From NCBI RefSeq assembly GCF_009914755.1, contig NC_060931.1: 64,000 bases of DNA; one strand, 5' to 3'. The DNA is from the human T2T-CHM13v2.0 reference genome, Homo sapiens. The translations under genes were made by a program, and so were the position numbers. Positions 30,325 through 47,705 of the stretch are shown piece after piece. Position 1 is the first letter of the stretch; every line of letters begins with the position of its first letter. The notes beneath the pieces are model-generated. The model was not told the DNA's origin and searched no databases. It was given only the letters and a program-made list of their open reading frames with translations.

Positions 30325-30378
30325 ATCCAAAAGAGCCAAGGGAAAGAAGGATATAAGGATTCGTTCTAGGCACAACTG
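30325..30378 (+). other. Candidate 54-nt in-frame cassette exon (xSKRAKGKKDIRIRSRHNx)
   Basis: tttgctatacttAG| ... CTG|GTAAGT; length divisible by 3; open only in the phase-2 frame. Confidence 0.3.
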
Positions 30379-31029
30379 GTAAGTAGCACTTTTTCCATGT
30401 GTATCTTCCTATTTTCTGTTTATCCATTACCCCCCTCCCCCAGCCATTGGGTGACATTCTCTTTGATGTCCTCCATACTGCACTTAGGGTCCCCCATGTC
30501 TCCCTAGGGCTGTATACTGTACTAAAGCATCCTATTTCAGAAGTGGAATTTTCTGTGCTTTTTGCTATATCACTTCTTCCTTTTATCTAATTAAAGCATA
30601 ATTTGTGTGCATGATAATGAAGACTTTTAAACTGAATGACTTGAAATATCTGATAAGTTAATGAGGCTCTAAGACTTCTAGCCTTAAGCTCTATTGATAG
30701 AACTCTAGCCACAAACTTAGATAAATAGCTGTTTTCAAGGCTTGTTGAGTTCATTCTTCATGCTCTTCTCCTAAGCCCTCCCCCAATTCTATTCCATCAA
30801 GCCACTGACTGCTTGTTTATCTCAAGGATGTAATATTGACTTCTGAGCCAGGTAGGAAGGTTTATGGAAGAAGGAGATACACCTGCTTACCCATGTGTAC
30901 CAGACTACTCCCTACTCCAGGACAGGAATGGGCCATGTCAGGTGAGCCTCCCAAGAGAAATGATCTTCAAGCACAGTATAGTTGTTTGATAGTAATCCTG
31001 AATGTTGTTTCTGATACTTTATGTTCCTT

Positions 31030-31318
31030 TTTATTTCTTTGTTCAGACAGGATTTCCTGTGTCACCAAGGCTGGAGTGCAGTGGTGCAATCTTGGCTCAC
31101 TGCAGCCTCTGTCTCCTGGGCTCATGCAATCCTCCCATCTCAGTCTCTTGAGTAGCTGGGACTACAGGCATGTGCCTGCATGGCTGGCTAATTTTTTAAT
31201 TTTTTGTAGAGTTTCACCATGTAGCCCGGGCTGTTCTTGAACTCCTGGGCTCAAGTGATCCGCCCACCTCAGCCTCCCAAAATGCTGGGATTACAGGCAT
31301 CAGCCACTGTGCCCTGCC
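31030..31318 (-). mobile_element. AluJ
   Basis: Antisense dimeric Alu. Confidence 0.9.
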
Positions 31319-31789
31319 TATGTTCATTTTCTTATCCATTCATTCTTTCACTAGTTTATTAACATGTATTTGTATATGTATTTATTGGGCATTTACTACG
31401 TGCCTGGCCTTATGTGTTACACTAGGGATATAAAAATCTCTTCACTTTCTGTGGTTTGCTGATAGTCTAATGAAGTCGCTACATTATAAGGTTGTAGTAG
31501 AAGAAATATAAGCAAAAACATTTGTTAATAGTAAGATCTATTTCATGATAAAGGAGTTTCCATGTGTTGCTTCATGAGCGTATTTTAAGGTAATCTCAAG
31601 GATGGGGTAGCTTTTAAAGAAGGGACAGTTGTGTTGAATTTTGAAGGACAAGGAGGAATTAATTACAAGATGCAAAGGAAAAACATCTCAGGTGAGAATG
31701 CAAGCATGAGATAATGTAATCTTTTTGGCCACTCATAAATAAAGAGGGCTAAGTAAATGGACAGAATCCATACTCAACTAAAGAAATTT

Positions 31790-34300
31790 AACTTTGCCAA
31801 TACAATGCATTCATTCAGGTTTACTATTTATTATTACATTGTATAATTATCCCACAATTTACTTATCTATTTTATTGTTGATAGACTTTTGTTTGTTTGT
31901 TGTTGCAGTTGCCAACAATAGCAGAACATTTTATATGTTTCATATATATTTGTTGGTACACATATACAAGATTTTCCCTGGGGCCTTTCCTTAGGAATGA
32001 AACAGCAGTCACAGGGTACACATGTTTAGATTTAGAAAACAATGCCAAATTATTTTCAAAAATGGATGCATCAGTTTACACTTCTACCAACACATGTAAG
32101 TGTTCCAGTTGCTGCACATGCTCATAAACATTTGTCATACTGCTCCTTTTGTTTCCCTCAGTCTAATGGGTAAAAAGATATCTCACAATGGTCTTAAATT
32201 GCATTTCCCAGATTACTAATCAGGTTGATCAGCTTTTTATTTGTTTGTTTATTTACTTGTTGGATATTCATGTTTTTTTTGTCGCTTTCCCATTTTACTT
32301 TGGTGTTATAAATCTGTTGCATATTGATTTGAAGGAATTCTTTATATATTATATACATTATATATATATTATATATAATATATATATAATATGTATATAT
32401 ATATGTGCTTTGTTGGATAGGTAGATAGCCAACATATTATACCAGTTTATGGGTGTATATAGTGAATACATTCTCACGGTTTATGGTGTATTTTTTCTAC
32501 CTTCTTTTTTTTCTTTTCTTTTTGTTGAGAGTAAGATCTTGCTATTTTGCCTAGGCTAGTCTCAAAACTTCTGGGCTCAAGTTATCATCATGCCTCTGCC
32601 ACCGTATATGTTGAGATTACAGGTGTAAGCCACTGAACCTAGCTCTTTTTTACTTTCTTTAGGTGAATTTTGATGAAGTGAAAATTTAATTTTAATTTAG
32701 TTTATCAATTTTAATTTAATTTATCAAAAAAATTTTTTTATGGTTAGAATTTTTTTGTTTTCTACTTAGGAAAATATTTTTTATCCCACAATCACAAAGT
32801 TATTTTCCTTTATGTTCTTATAAAGGCTTCAACTTCTGACTTCTTCATCTAAGTCTTCATTACATTGAGAATATATTTTTGTGGATAGTGTAATCAGAAC
32901 CAATTTTATTTTATTTTATATATCTAACCAATGATTTGGGCACCGTTTTGAATAGTCTGTTCCTTCCCTGTTATACATTATTTCCATTTATATCTGGCCT
33001 TGTTTCTGGACTTAATTTTCTTCTATTGGTAAATTAGTCCACCTTTGAACCTCGCTATCTTAATTACTGAAGATTTCATAAGACTTTATTTTCTTTTTAG
33101 AATTGTCTTGGCTATTCCAAGGCTGTTGCTTTTTTATATGAATTTTACAATTAGCTTGTCAGTTTGGATGAAAGCTTTTGGGATTTTCATAGAAATAGCA
33201 TTGACTCCATAAATCAGTATGGGGAGAATCCTGAGTGATATTGAGTCTTCCTATTAATGAACACTTTATTCCTCTCCGTTATTAATACTTTCAATAATAT
33301 TTATCATTTTCTATATAATGACTGTGTACAAATTTCTAGAGATTTATTCTCATATGCCTTGGGTTTCTTAGCTATTATGCAAAAATAAATTACCTCCATC
33401 AACATTTATATTATGTGCAAATCATCACAGTTATATTGCTTTTTATTCCAAGTCTTCTACCCATTTTTATTCCTTGTTTCTCAGCTGACAGATTTCTTCA
33501 CTGTTGAAAGAAAGAAAGCAAAGCAATCATAGTGGATAGTGGATACTCTTGTTTCATTCCTGCCTTTTTTTTTAAGAGGCTCTTCATATGTTGCCTGAGT
33601 TGGCCTGGAACTGCAGGACTCAAGAGAACCTCTGGCCTCAACCTCCGTAGTAGGTGGGATTATAAGTGTGCACATAGCATGCCTGGCTATTCCTGATTTT
33701 AAAGGGAGTATTACCAATGTTTTTGGAAGATGAATGAGCTATAAGATAAGAGAAGCTCTATTACTAGTTTTTAAAGAGATTTAAAGAAGTGAATAGATGT
33801 TGACCCCTATCAAATACTTTTTGCAGTTGACAAGAGTCCTGCCCATCCCCCTTACTTTGCTATTAAATCTAAATTACAGCTTGCTGTTGTTAAAACTCTC
33901 CTGCATTTTGTGATTAAAGCCTACTTGATTATAATATATAATCTATTATTTTTATATTTTGCTGGCTTCAGTTTGTTAATTTTTTTAGGATTTTGGTCTA
34001 TAATTTTCCTTTTTTTATACTGCACTTGTCTGCTTTGAGTATTAAGGGGTGGGGTATGTTGCTTCTTACTTTAACAATTTTATAGCATAGTGTGTGTGAT
34101 TGGAAAGGTGAGTTCCTTCAAAGTTTGCTAGCATTTACTTCTTGCTGTAAATTTATCTGGGTCTTGTATGGCCTTCCCCCCCTCCCCCTTTCTTTCCTTT
34201 TTTGAGTTAGGGAATATTATTAACTATTGGTTCATCTTACTTTGGCTCTCAACTTTTTCTTGAGTAAGCACATATTTTTCTAGTAATTTCACTGTTGTTT
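31790..34300 (-). mobile_element. Very old L1 (L1ME/M-type) with inserted Alu monomers (~32500-32645, ~33565-33690) and (TA)n at ~32340-32405
   Basis: Degenerate antisense L1 motifs 'ttaaattgcatttcccagattactaat', 'ttgtcttggctatt', 'tattgagtcttcctat'. Confidence 0.7.
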
Positions 34301-34315
34301 ATTTTTTGCTTTTCA

Positions 34316-34620
34316 ATTTTTTTTCTTTTTAGAGGCAGGGTCTTTCTCCATTGCCCAGGGTGGAGTGCAGTAGCATGATCATGGATCACTGCAACCACAA
34401 ACTCCTGCTCTCAAGTAATTCTCCTGCCTCAGTCTCCCAAGCAACTGGGACTACGGGTGCATGCCACCATGCCAGGCTAATTTTTAATTTTTTTTTGTTG
34501 TTGTGTAGATGGGATTTTGCTGTATTGCTCAGGCTGGTCTCAAACTCCCGGCCTCCAGGGGTCTTCCTGTCTTGGCCGCCCAAAGTGCTGGGATTTCAGG
34601 TGTGAGACACTGTACCCAGT
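34316..34620 (-). mobile_element. AluJo-like
   Basis: Diverged antisense Alu. Confidence 0.88.
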
Positions 34621-36406
34621 CTTTTCTAGCAATTTTTAACTTTCTTCTAAGTTTTAAAATACTTTATCACAATACTTATATTATTCTTTTTTCCCACTAA
34701 GTTGTTCTTCCACCCTACCTTGTAGTAAACCTTTCATATGTAACAGGTTGTCTACCAAAAAACTTTACAAAACATATTCCATTATTTTTCCCACCCCACT
34801 TGTAGAAAGAGACTCTGAAAGGATAATTGGCCCAAAGTCACACAGTTGGTGGTAGAGCTGAACTGCACTTGTTAACTTTAGGAATCACACAGGTGGTTGT
34901 CATAGAACACAATATCCATTTCCTAATCCCTGAGTTGAAGGAAGTGAGCTATGATATTATTTGTCTAAAAGAGGTTAAAAAGCTCAACTCATAAAATGTT
35001 TTACCTTCCATTTGTGACACTGAAGCACACCTTAAAGCCCCCCAATTTACCATTTTATGTTATTGAACCAATCTTAATAAATTCTATTTTGAATTTCAAG
35101 AAAATGTTATGAAACATTCTTGTGTAGCTTTTCCTTTGGTACCCCAAATAAAACCTCAGATCATTTGTTTGACTCACAGGAACATACTGTGGTAATTCTG
35201 GATGCTTTTGTGCAGTGACTTGATGTGTTTCCTCCCTCAAGTATTGTCATCGGTTGTTCTCAGCCACTCCCTTGAAGATGGAACAATTCATGTGAAACTT
35301 GAAACTCTTCACCACTTTTTATATGTCCACTAACATTTGGCACCCTTCTATACAATGGCTAGGCTGTTTTACCTTTCTCTAAATATTTATTTGGTCTCCT
35401 CTTCATTTTAACATGCTATAGCAAGAAGAGTTTGCTCTTAGAATTTTCTTTGTTTAGCAGACTAGAAAACTAGCATTTCCAGCTTACCAGGATATTTAAT
35501 TTGGAAGTATTCATGGTTGCCATTTAAGCTCTCAGGTTTTGAAAGTTTCCCATTTTATTATCTCTTTTCCATTTTTTTTGGTCTGATAAGGTAGTGCAAA
35601 TATCATTATTATGTCTTTCTTATTTATCTTAATCATTCTCTTTGTTATTTTGATAATTTCTTGCTTTTATGCTGAGAACAGCATCACTGGTATATATTTC
35701 TCTTATCGTCTTTTTCAATATTGATTTTTGCTTGACTCAACCAAGATAGAAATTCTTACTTATTTTTGTATTAAGCTGCAGTAATACAGACTTCATTGAA
35801 ATCCATTTTACTTACAGCTGCTTGATTATTTTGAAATTACATACTCTAGTATGTTGAACCACTGATATCATTGCTGGAGGGAAAAGTCAATCTTTTTCTC
35901 CCCTTGAAACTTTAATTTACTAAACTAGTGTTCAGGTTTCATGACAGTCAAACAAATTTTAATAAATCAGGTTGGAATAATTACTTGTTAATTGTAATCT
36001 TTCATGAAAATGGGGAATATTTCCTGGAATGTTACTGTATTTATGGATTTGATAGCCAGGCTACAGTGTCCCTATTATTTGGTTATGGTGGAATCATTGT
36101 GAGCATGGAAGGAATTCAAAGAGTTTGTGGCCTGACTTTAGGGTTGTAGTTCAGTTTCCTTCTAGCTGAGATTTTATATATCAAATCAGTCTTTATTTAT
36201 TTAGTGTTTCTATGGAAAAAGAAAGTTTTATGCTTGGAGCAAAGACTCCAAACACCCAAGCAGCATTCTGATTTGTCTCTCTTCTAGTCCCTAATGCATT
36301 TACTTTCCTGAAACTTTGTGCTTTCTTTTTCTTTAATAAACACTTAAAAATATATTGCTTGCAGTTGTAATTCAGCACAAGGACCTGGGAGTTCTAAGTC
36401 TTTCTT

Positions 36407-36440
36407 GAATACCTGTCTTTCTAGAATACCTGTCTTTCTA
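36407..36440. repeat. Tandem duplication, 2 x 17 bp
   Basis: gaatacctgtctttcta occurs twice, exactly. Confidence 0.85.
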
Positions 36441-37499
36441 GACTTCTGCATTTTACTTGTATTGTCAAACTTACTTTTTTTAAAGTTAGAGGAATATTTG
36501 TTTATTTGTATTGTATTTATTTTTTCTCTTTATAATAACTTATTTTCTACCCTATTTCAAAAAAGATTTGAGGTAGTATACACCTTATTTCTGCTCAACA
36601 GAAATTGCTAAGTGAAGAAATGAAACAGAGGGCAAATACCAGTGGAAAATTTTAAACTAGACATGAAGCAGCGTTAATACGTACATGGGCAGCAGGAAGT
36701 CTAGTATACTTTCTAGAGATGGTCCACAAAATGGCTCTTCCTAACCACAGATGCCAAAAAGGGATATGGTAATTTACATGATCCTCACGCTATATGTAAT
36801 ATCACAGCAAACCAATGGTCCTGTGGATACTGAAGATGTGATGAATTAAACACTTTAGATAATACCACTACTTTGAAAGCAAAAGTATGTTTCATTGGGC
36901 TTTTTCTTATAATGCTTCTTAGTTTATTATGATGGCATATCAAAAAAAGGCTTGTATGAACAAATTCAGTTATTTGAAAGATCAAACCATGTGGTACAAT
37001 ACTATGTGGTCATCTGATCAAATTAGAGGGTAAACTTCAGATTATTCAAGTGCGTACTTTCCAAAATGGACTAGACAAGAGTGTTCTTGAAAAGATATGA
37101 GTGTTGCTGGAAAGACCTACTAGGAATTTTTTGTGTTTTTACTTTGTTTCAACTCTAGTAGTAAAGAACAGAAAAAGCTTTAACAGTATTACTCCGTGGA
37201 TTGAGACTGGTGCCCTCAATTGGTGCCTTTATTAGCTTTTCATGTATCTTTTAGTTTCAAGAGCTGAAAGAAGACAGGGAATCCCATAAGGCACAGGGTT
37301 TAATAGTGGTGCCTTTACTTTTTAGTTCATTACACTTAGAAAATAGCTGGTGAAGTGGATTTTTAGGAATGTTTGATTTCATTTTACTGAAACCAGTCCT
37401 CACAAAATAAGTGGCTTAAAGAAATTGCAGCATGAAGATTATAGTAGTACAGATGAACAAGAAGAAAAGAGCTACTACCACTTCTACTTTATTCAAACA

Positions 37500-42050
<4,551 letters not shown>

Positions 42051-42598
42051 AGAGAGAAATGCCTGGTAATTTCTCCATATAGATAGTATTAACAACAATA
42101 TTTTTACATGTACAAAAGGAGTGTTTAGGATTCCTATAGTGAAATTAAATAAAAATAGTATTTCATCATTTCATCTTTATCCTCTGCATTTTTACTCTTG
42201 TGTATGTCTTATACAAAACAGAGTATATAAAATATTTAAGTATAGTAGCACTTGTATATAAAATATGAATGAATCTTTTTAGGAATGCATGCTCAAAAGT
42301 AGTTATTGATTAGTGGATGTGATTAAAACAAAAGTTTGACATCATTGATCAAGAACAGTGGCATTCAACTTGTGCTTCCATGAGGCCCTTCAAGGGCTAT
42401 GGGAATGGAGTGGATTAGCTGGGGCTCTGGGCTTCCTAAGGCTCACTCCATCCTGAGAAGTTTCACTTTAATGTTATACATACAGTGCTTCTAAAATAAA
42501 CAATTAAACAATTGCTTCCACAATTGACACAAAATTAAAATTGATGCTTTTGGGAGATCAGGCAAACTGTAGTAATATGATGAATAAAATACAGCAGT

Positions 42599-42899
42599 GG
42601 CTGGGCATGGTGGCTCACGCCTGTAATCCCAACACTTTGGGTGGCTGAGGCAGGCAGATCACTTGATGCCAGGAGTTTGAGACCAGCCTGATCAACATGG
42701 CAAAACACCATCTCTACTAAAAGTACAAAAATTAACCGTGAATGGTGGTGCACACCTGTAATCCTAGCTACTTGGAAGACTGAGGCTCAGGAATAGCTTG
42801 AACCTGGAAGGCAGAGTTGCAGTGAGTCCACATTGCGCCACTGCACTTCAGCCTGGGCAACAGAGAGGGACTGTCTCAAAACAACAAAAACAAAAAAAC
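42599..42899 (+). mobile_element. Alu (S/J)
   Basis: Dimeric Alu with an A-rich tail. Confidence 0.92.
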
Positions 42900-45502
42900 T
42901 ACAGAAGAATATTGCCAATTATTATCACTGGGTATTGAGATTACGTGTGTTTTTCTTCCCTCTCTTGCCCACTGTCTCACTCTCTTTTCTATCTGTATTA
43001 TACCCTGGAAATACCTCATTTATATGATGGGAAAATTATTTTTAAGTGAGGTTGATACATTTTTATAATGAAATAATTGAGGAACCTGACCAAATGCTTA
43101 TCTGGGTAAAAGGCTCCTCCTCTGTAGAGAGGTAGTCCCAGAGAGAAGCATCTACCAGCAGGGTTAAGATTTTCTTTAGGAGACAGTGTTAGGTTTATCT
43201 CAATGCAGGTTAAAATGAGTGATCAAGAATGTGACTTTCTTGGACATTAAGCATTATTGTGGTATTTTTAACTAGGAAAAAATAATTTAAATAGCATTAC
43301 TAAACATCCAATGCAGTCGTAAAAATATTCTGAATGAGGTACAGGTTGTTTAACGTTAGCAATATAGCTTCTGTAAACTGCAAATCAATAGCAGATTTTA
43401 ACCCTAGGTTACGACATGAATTACTTGGAATTTAAAACAAACAAACAAACAAAAAACCTTCGGAAATGATTTTGTTTTAATTTCTTACATGAAAGATGAA
43501 ACAGCCAAGGCTCTGAGTTGTTAATGAGCTTTCTACAGTCCCATAGCTAGTTAGTAGCAGAGCCAGGATTTCAACTCTGCCCTTTATTCGTTCTACTCTA
43601 ATCTGGCTCACTGGCTCGTCTTTTGGCATTCTTGCCCTGCATTTTCCATGGTCATATTGATCTTTTTTCAGCTCCTTGACCTCTTTTCTCTTGTCGTAGA
43701 TCATATGTCTCTACCTAGAGCAGTCTCTTCCATACTTTTCTTCTTGCTACCCTCTTTGTTAGCTCACTCCTAGTCATCTCCAGTTAAAGGCCACTTTCTC
43801 TGGGAAGCTATCCATAATCTTGAGGTTAGGTTTAGCCCCACTAGTCCCTTTTATTTTAGACTGATCACAGTTATAATTACTTGTTCAATAGTTGACTACC
43901 TCAGAATACTGTATATAACCTTCAATGACGGGTGAGAAAGTATCCAATTGTATTCATTGCTATGTCTCATGGTCTCATATAGTTTTCAATAGTCATCACT
44001 CCAATGTTTTTTTTTAATGAGTGAATACTTGTTGATGAATAAATGCTCCCTTTCTTTTTATAACTACCTTATCAATGTTTTTATACTGTTCTTAGTTTAC
44101 ACATTATTCTTATGTCTATGTTCATTGTTAAAACAATTATTTTATATCTGTGCATATAGTTGTGCTCAGTAAAATTTATTGTTACAGATTATATAATCTT
44201 CCTCTGGCAACAGGAGGTAATTTGTATTTTAACTTTTTTTTTTCTTGCAGCACCTATGTTTTTTATCACTTAAAAAAAAGGAAAAACACTTGTGAAATAC
44301 CCCTTGAGCAACTTTGAAATTCAACTGGACAAAGTATTTTAGAGTGGCTGTTAGAATACTAAAAAAATTTTACTAGAATTGGTGTTATGTGACTTCAGAG
44401 GTTTTCTGATGTCACAAAATGTAGTATATTGTCTTAGTACACTGAATTTCTATTTTATACAACATCTTTATTTGCTTTGAAGATAATTTCCTTCCTTAGG
44501 TCATAGAATTGTCATCTCTGCTCCTTACTGTTCTCAATCATGAACACCAATAGTTGAGAATAGCGTTGGCAAGTTTGGTTAAGCCTCCAATTTTGCACTG
44601 ATCATAGGGCCTTTTACATCATTTTGGCTGGTGGGACTCTTACCTCATTATCAGGATGATCAGTGGTCAGAATAAAGGGGCCAAACAGCCCACCTATTAG
44701 TTGTTCATTCTCCAGTCTTATCACTATACGGAGAAATTAAACTTATACAACTCATTCTCTCTGTAAAGCATTCTTTGATTTCCAACTGGAAATAATTTCT
44801 CTCTAAGTGCTTGTATAGGAGTTTATCTTACCTTTCTTAATGGGGCTTCTTATTTTTGACAGTTACTTCCCTATTAGATTCGAAGCTCCTTGGGAGAAAC
44901 ATCTATCCCTGATTGCTTTGAGTTATTTATGGTTCCCTGCACATAGAAACTGCTGAATAAATATTTGTTGAATGAGTGAATGGAATTCCTTTTATTTAAA
45001 AAATGCTAAATGCCAGTGAGAGGATAAGAAATATGAATATGGAAAAGCTTTCAATGGATTGGCAATTGATATGTCTTTGATGTTAAATAAATGATAGATT
45101 AGACTTGCACAATGTTTGTCAATTTAAGAATATATAATGAAGTTTCTGTAGGATGGAAAAAATCTGTAGTAATTTATTATTTTCAGGCTGTTTGTATTAT
45201 ATTTGGAAATTTTTATATTCATTTATAATAGTGGATGGAGGATTATCTTAATTCTAAACATATAAAGCAGAAAGGTTATATTTCAGAAACACATGTAGTC
45301 TAATCTATGCTGGTATCTATTTAGTGTCTGCCTAATATCATGTGATGCTTTTCTTCTACTTCGAATTGTAAATGTATAGCTATAGATTTGGACACATAAA
45401 CTGCCAAGTCCTTCCACAGGTATTTATTATTCTGTAGCTGAAGAATAAACTGCAGAAAAGAATAGTTATTCACAATTATATATCCTTATTATAGAAAATA
45501 GA

Positions 45503-45570
45503 ACTTTACATACACATGTACATGTACTTTACATACACATTTACATGTGCTTTACATACACATTTACATG
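45503..45570. repeat. Minisatellite, 3 x 23 bp
   Basis: actttacatacacat(g/t)tacatgt units at 45503, 45526 and 45549. Confidence 0.88.
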
Positions 45571-45850
45571 CACAGTGGTCACTCCTGTGATCCCAGCACT
45601 TCGAGGGGCTGAGGTGGGTGGATCACTTGAGGCCAGGAGTTCAAGACCAGCTTTGCCAACATAGCAAAACCCCTTCTCTACTAAAAATACAGAAACTAGC
45701 TGGGCGTGGTGGTGGACACCTGTAATCCCAGCTACTCGGGAGGGTGAGGCAGGAGAATTGCTTGAACCCAGGAGGTGAAGGCTGCAGTGAGCCGAGATCA
45801 TGCAACTGACTCCATCCTAGGTGATAGAAAGACCCTGTCTCAAAAAGAAA
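45570..45850 (+). mobile_element. Alu (S/J), missing its first bases
   Basis: Starts 'gcacagtggtcactcctgtgatcccagcact'. Confidence 0.9.
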
Positions 45851-46414
45851 ATGATAAATAAAAATACTAAAGTCAAAGTAAGTGTCCAACATTTTTCTCT
45901 TGTATTTGTGTGTATATGTGTATGTCTGTGTGGGGGGCTGACATGTACTGCTTATTTGTGTGATAGGCTGTGTTTCTACAAGAAAGTTTGTTTAATAGAC
46001 AATAAGGATACAAATATATATTTATACATAAATAAATGAATATTTATGCCCTGAAACATTTGTACGAGTATGAGTGATGTTTCCAGAAACTGACTATTAT
46101 CTTCTACCAAGTTCAGATAAAGTGTTGAAGGTACAATATGAATAATGAAGTAAAATATTCAAAATATTTGAAGTCAGAGGCTTGTTTAATATTACTCATT
46201 TCAAAAAAGTATTGAGTTACACAGATAACTTACCTAACCTCTCTAATTCTCAGTTTCTTCAGGCATAAAATGGGAATAGCACATTTGGGACAATCGAAAT
46301 TGAATACTGAATTGCCATGCAAGTAATTGCCATGCATTGTAATATACAATGGCTAAATTTTCTTTATTAAGCCTTATATTTTAATTATGGGAAACATAGA
46401 TTAGAAATCTGTTT

Positions 46415-46530
46415 TAGGGCTCTTGAACCACGTGCTCAGGCCTGCTCCCACACTGTGGAGTGTACTTCCATTTTCAGTAAATCTCTGCTTTTGTTGCTTC
46501 ATTCTTTCCTTGCTTTTTTTTTTGTTTGTT
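46415..46530 (+). mobile_element. Short MER41-like (ERV1) LTR fragment
   Basis: 'ctcccacactgtggagtgtacttccattttcagtaaatctctgcttttgttgcttcattctttccttgctt' resembles the MER41 poly(A)-signal region. Confidence 0.65.
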
Positions 46531-46559
46531 TTTTAAAAAAATTATTGTATTCTATTTTA

Positions 46560-46885
46560 GGCAGGGCTCAGAGCCTCACACCTCTAATCTCAGCACTTTG
46601 GGAGACTGAGGCAAGCGGATTACTTGAGGCCAAGAGTTTGAGACCAGCCTGGGCAACATGGTGAAACACCCTGTCTACTAAAAATACAAAAAATTACCCA
46701 GGTGTGGTGGTGGGTGCCTGTGGTGCAAGCTGCCCCAGAGACTGAGGCACAAGAATTGCTTGAACCCAGGAGGCAGAGGTTATAGTGAACAAAGATGCTG
46801 TCACTGCACTTCAGCCTGGGCAGCGGCAGAGCGAGACTGCATCTCAAACAAACAAACAAACTAACAAACACACACACAAACAAAA
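46560..46885 (+). mobile_element. Alu (S/J)
   Basis: Dimeric Alu with a (CAAA)n tail. Confidence 0.9.
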
Positions 46886-47348
46886 AATCAATTTTTATCT
46901 CTGGAAACAAAGTTGCTAACAATCCACAAACTTTTGACATATGTATTTTTTGTTAACCAATTATCACTGTTTTGTGCATTATATTTGTAGATGTGGTAAA
47001 GAGAGAAGTGGTAGTTAAACTATGAAATGCAGATGTGCTGTTTGTGAATAGAGACAGAAACAATCTCAACTCACTGGTGTATTCTATTCCCAAGACAGAA
47101 CTTGACCTATATCTACCATCTGCTAAGATTTTAACACTTTTTTTTTTTCTTCCTAATCTGAAATATTTTTTCCTTAGGAAATTGTGATTAGTTTTAAAAC
47201 TCTACACAAACATGAATTGTTATTTCACTGCATATAAAGTTTTGAGAAATTCATCATAGATACAGCTTGGTTGTATTAGAAGAAAGAAAATATCTTTGGC
47301 TGTAATTAGGATGAAAAATAGAAATAAGATGAGTACTTCTATATTTTA

Positions 47349-47705
<357 letters not shown>

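Noticed and set aside
44188-44260. Mini-exon donor (44216) followed by a strong acceptor (44250)
   Set aside because: The gap of ~34 nt is too short for an intron and there is no clear downstream donor; likely chance.
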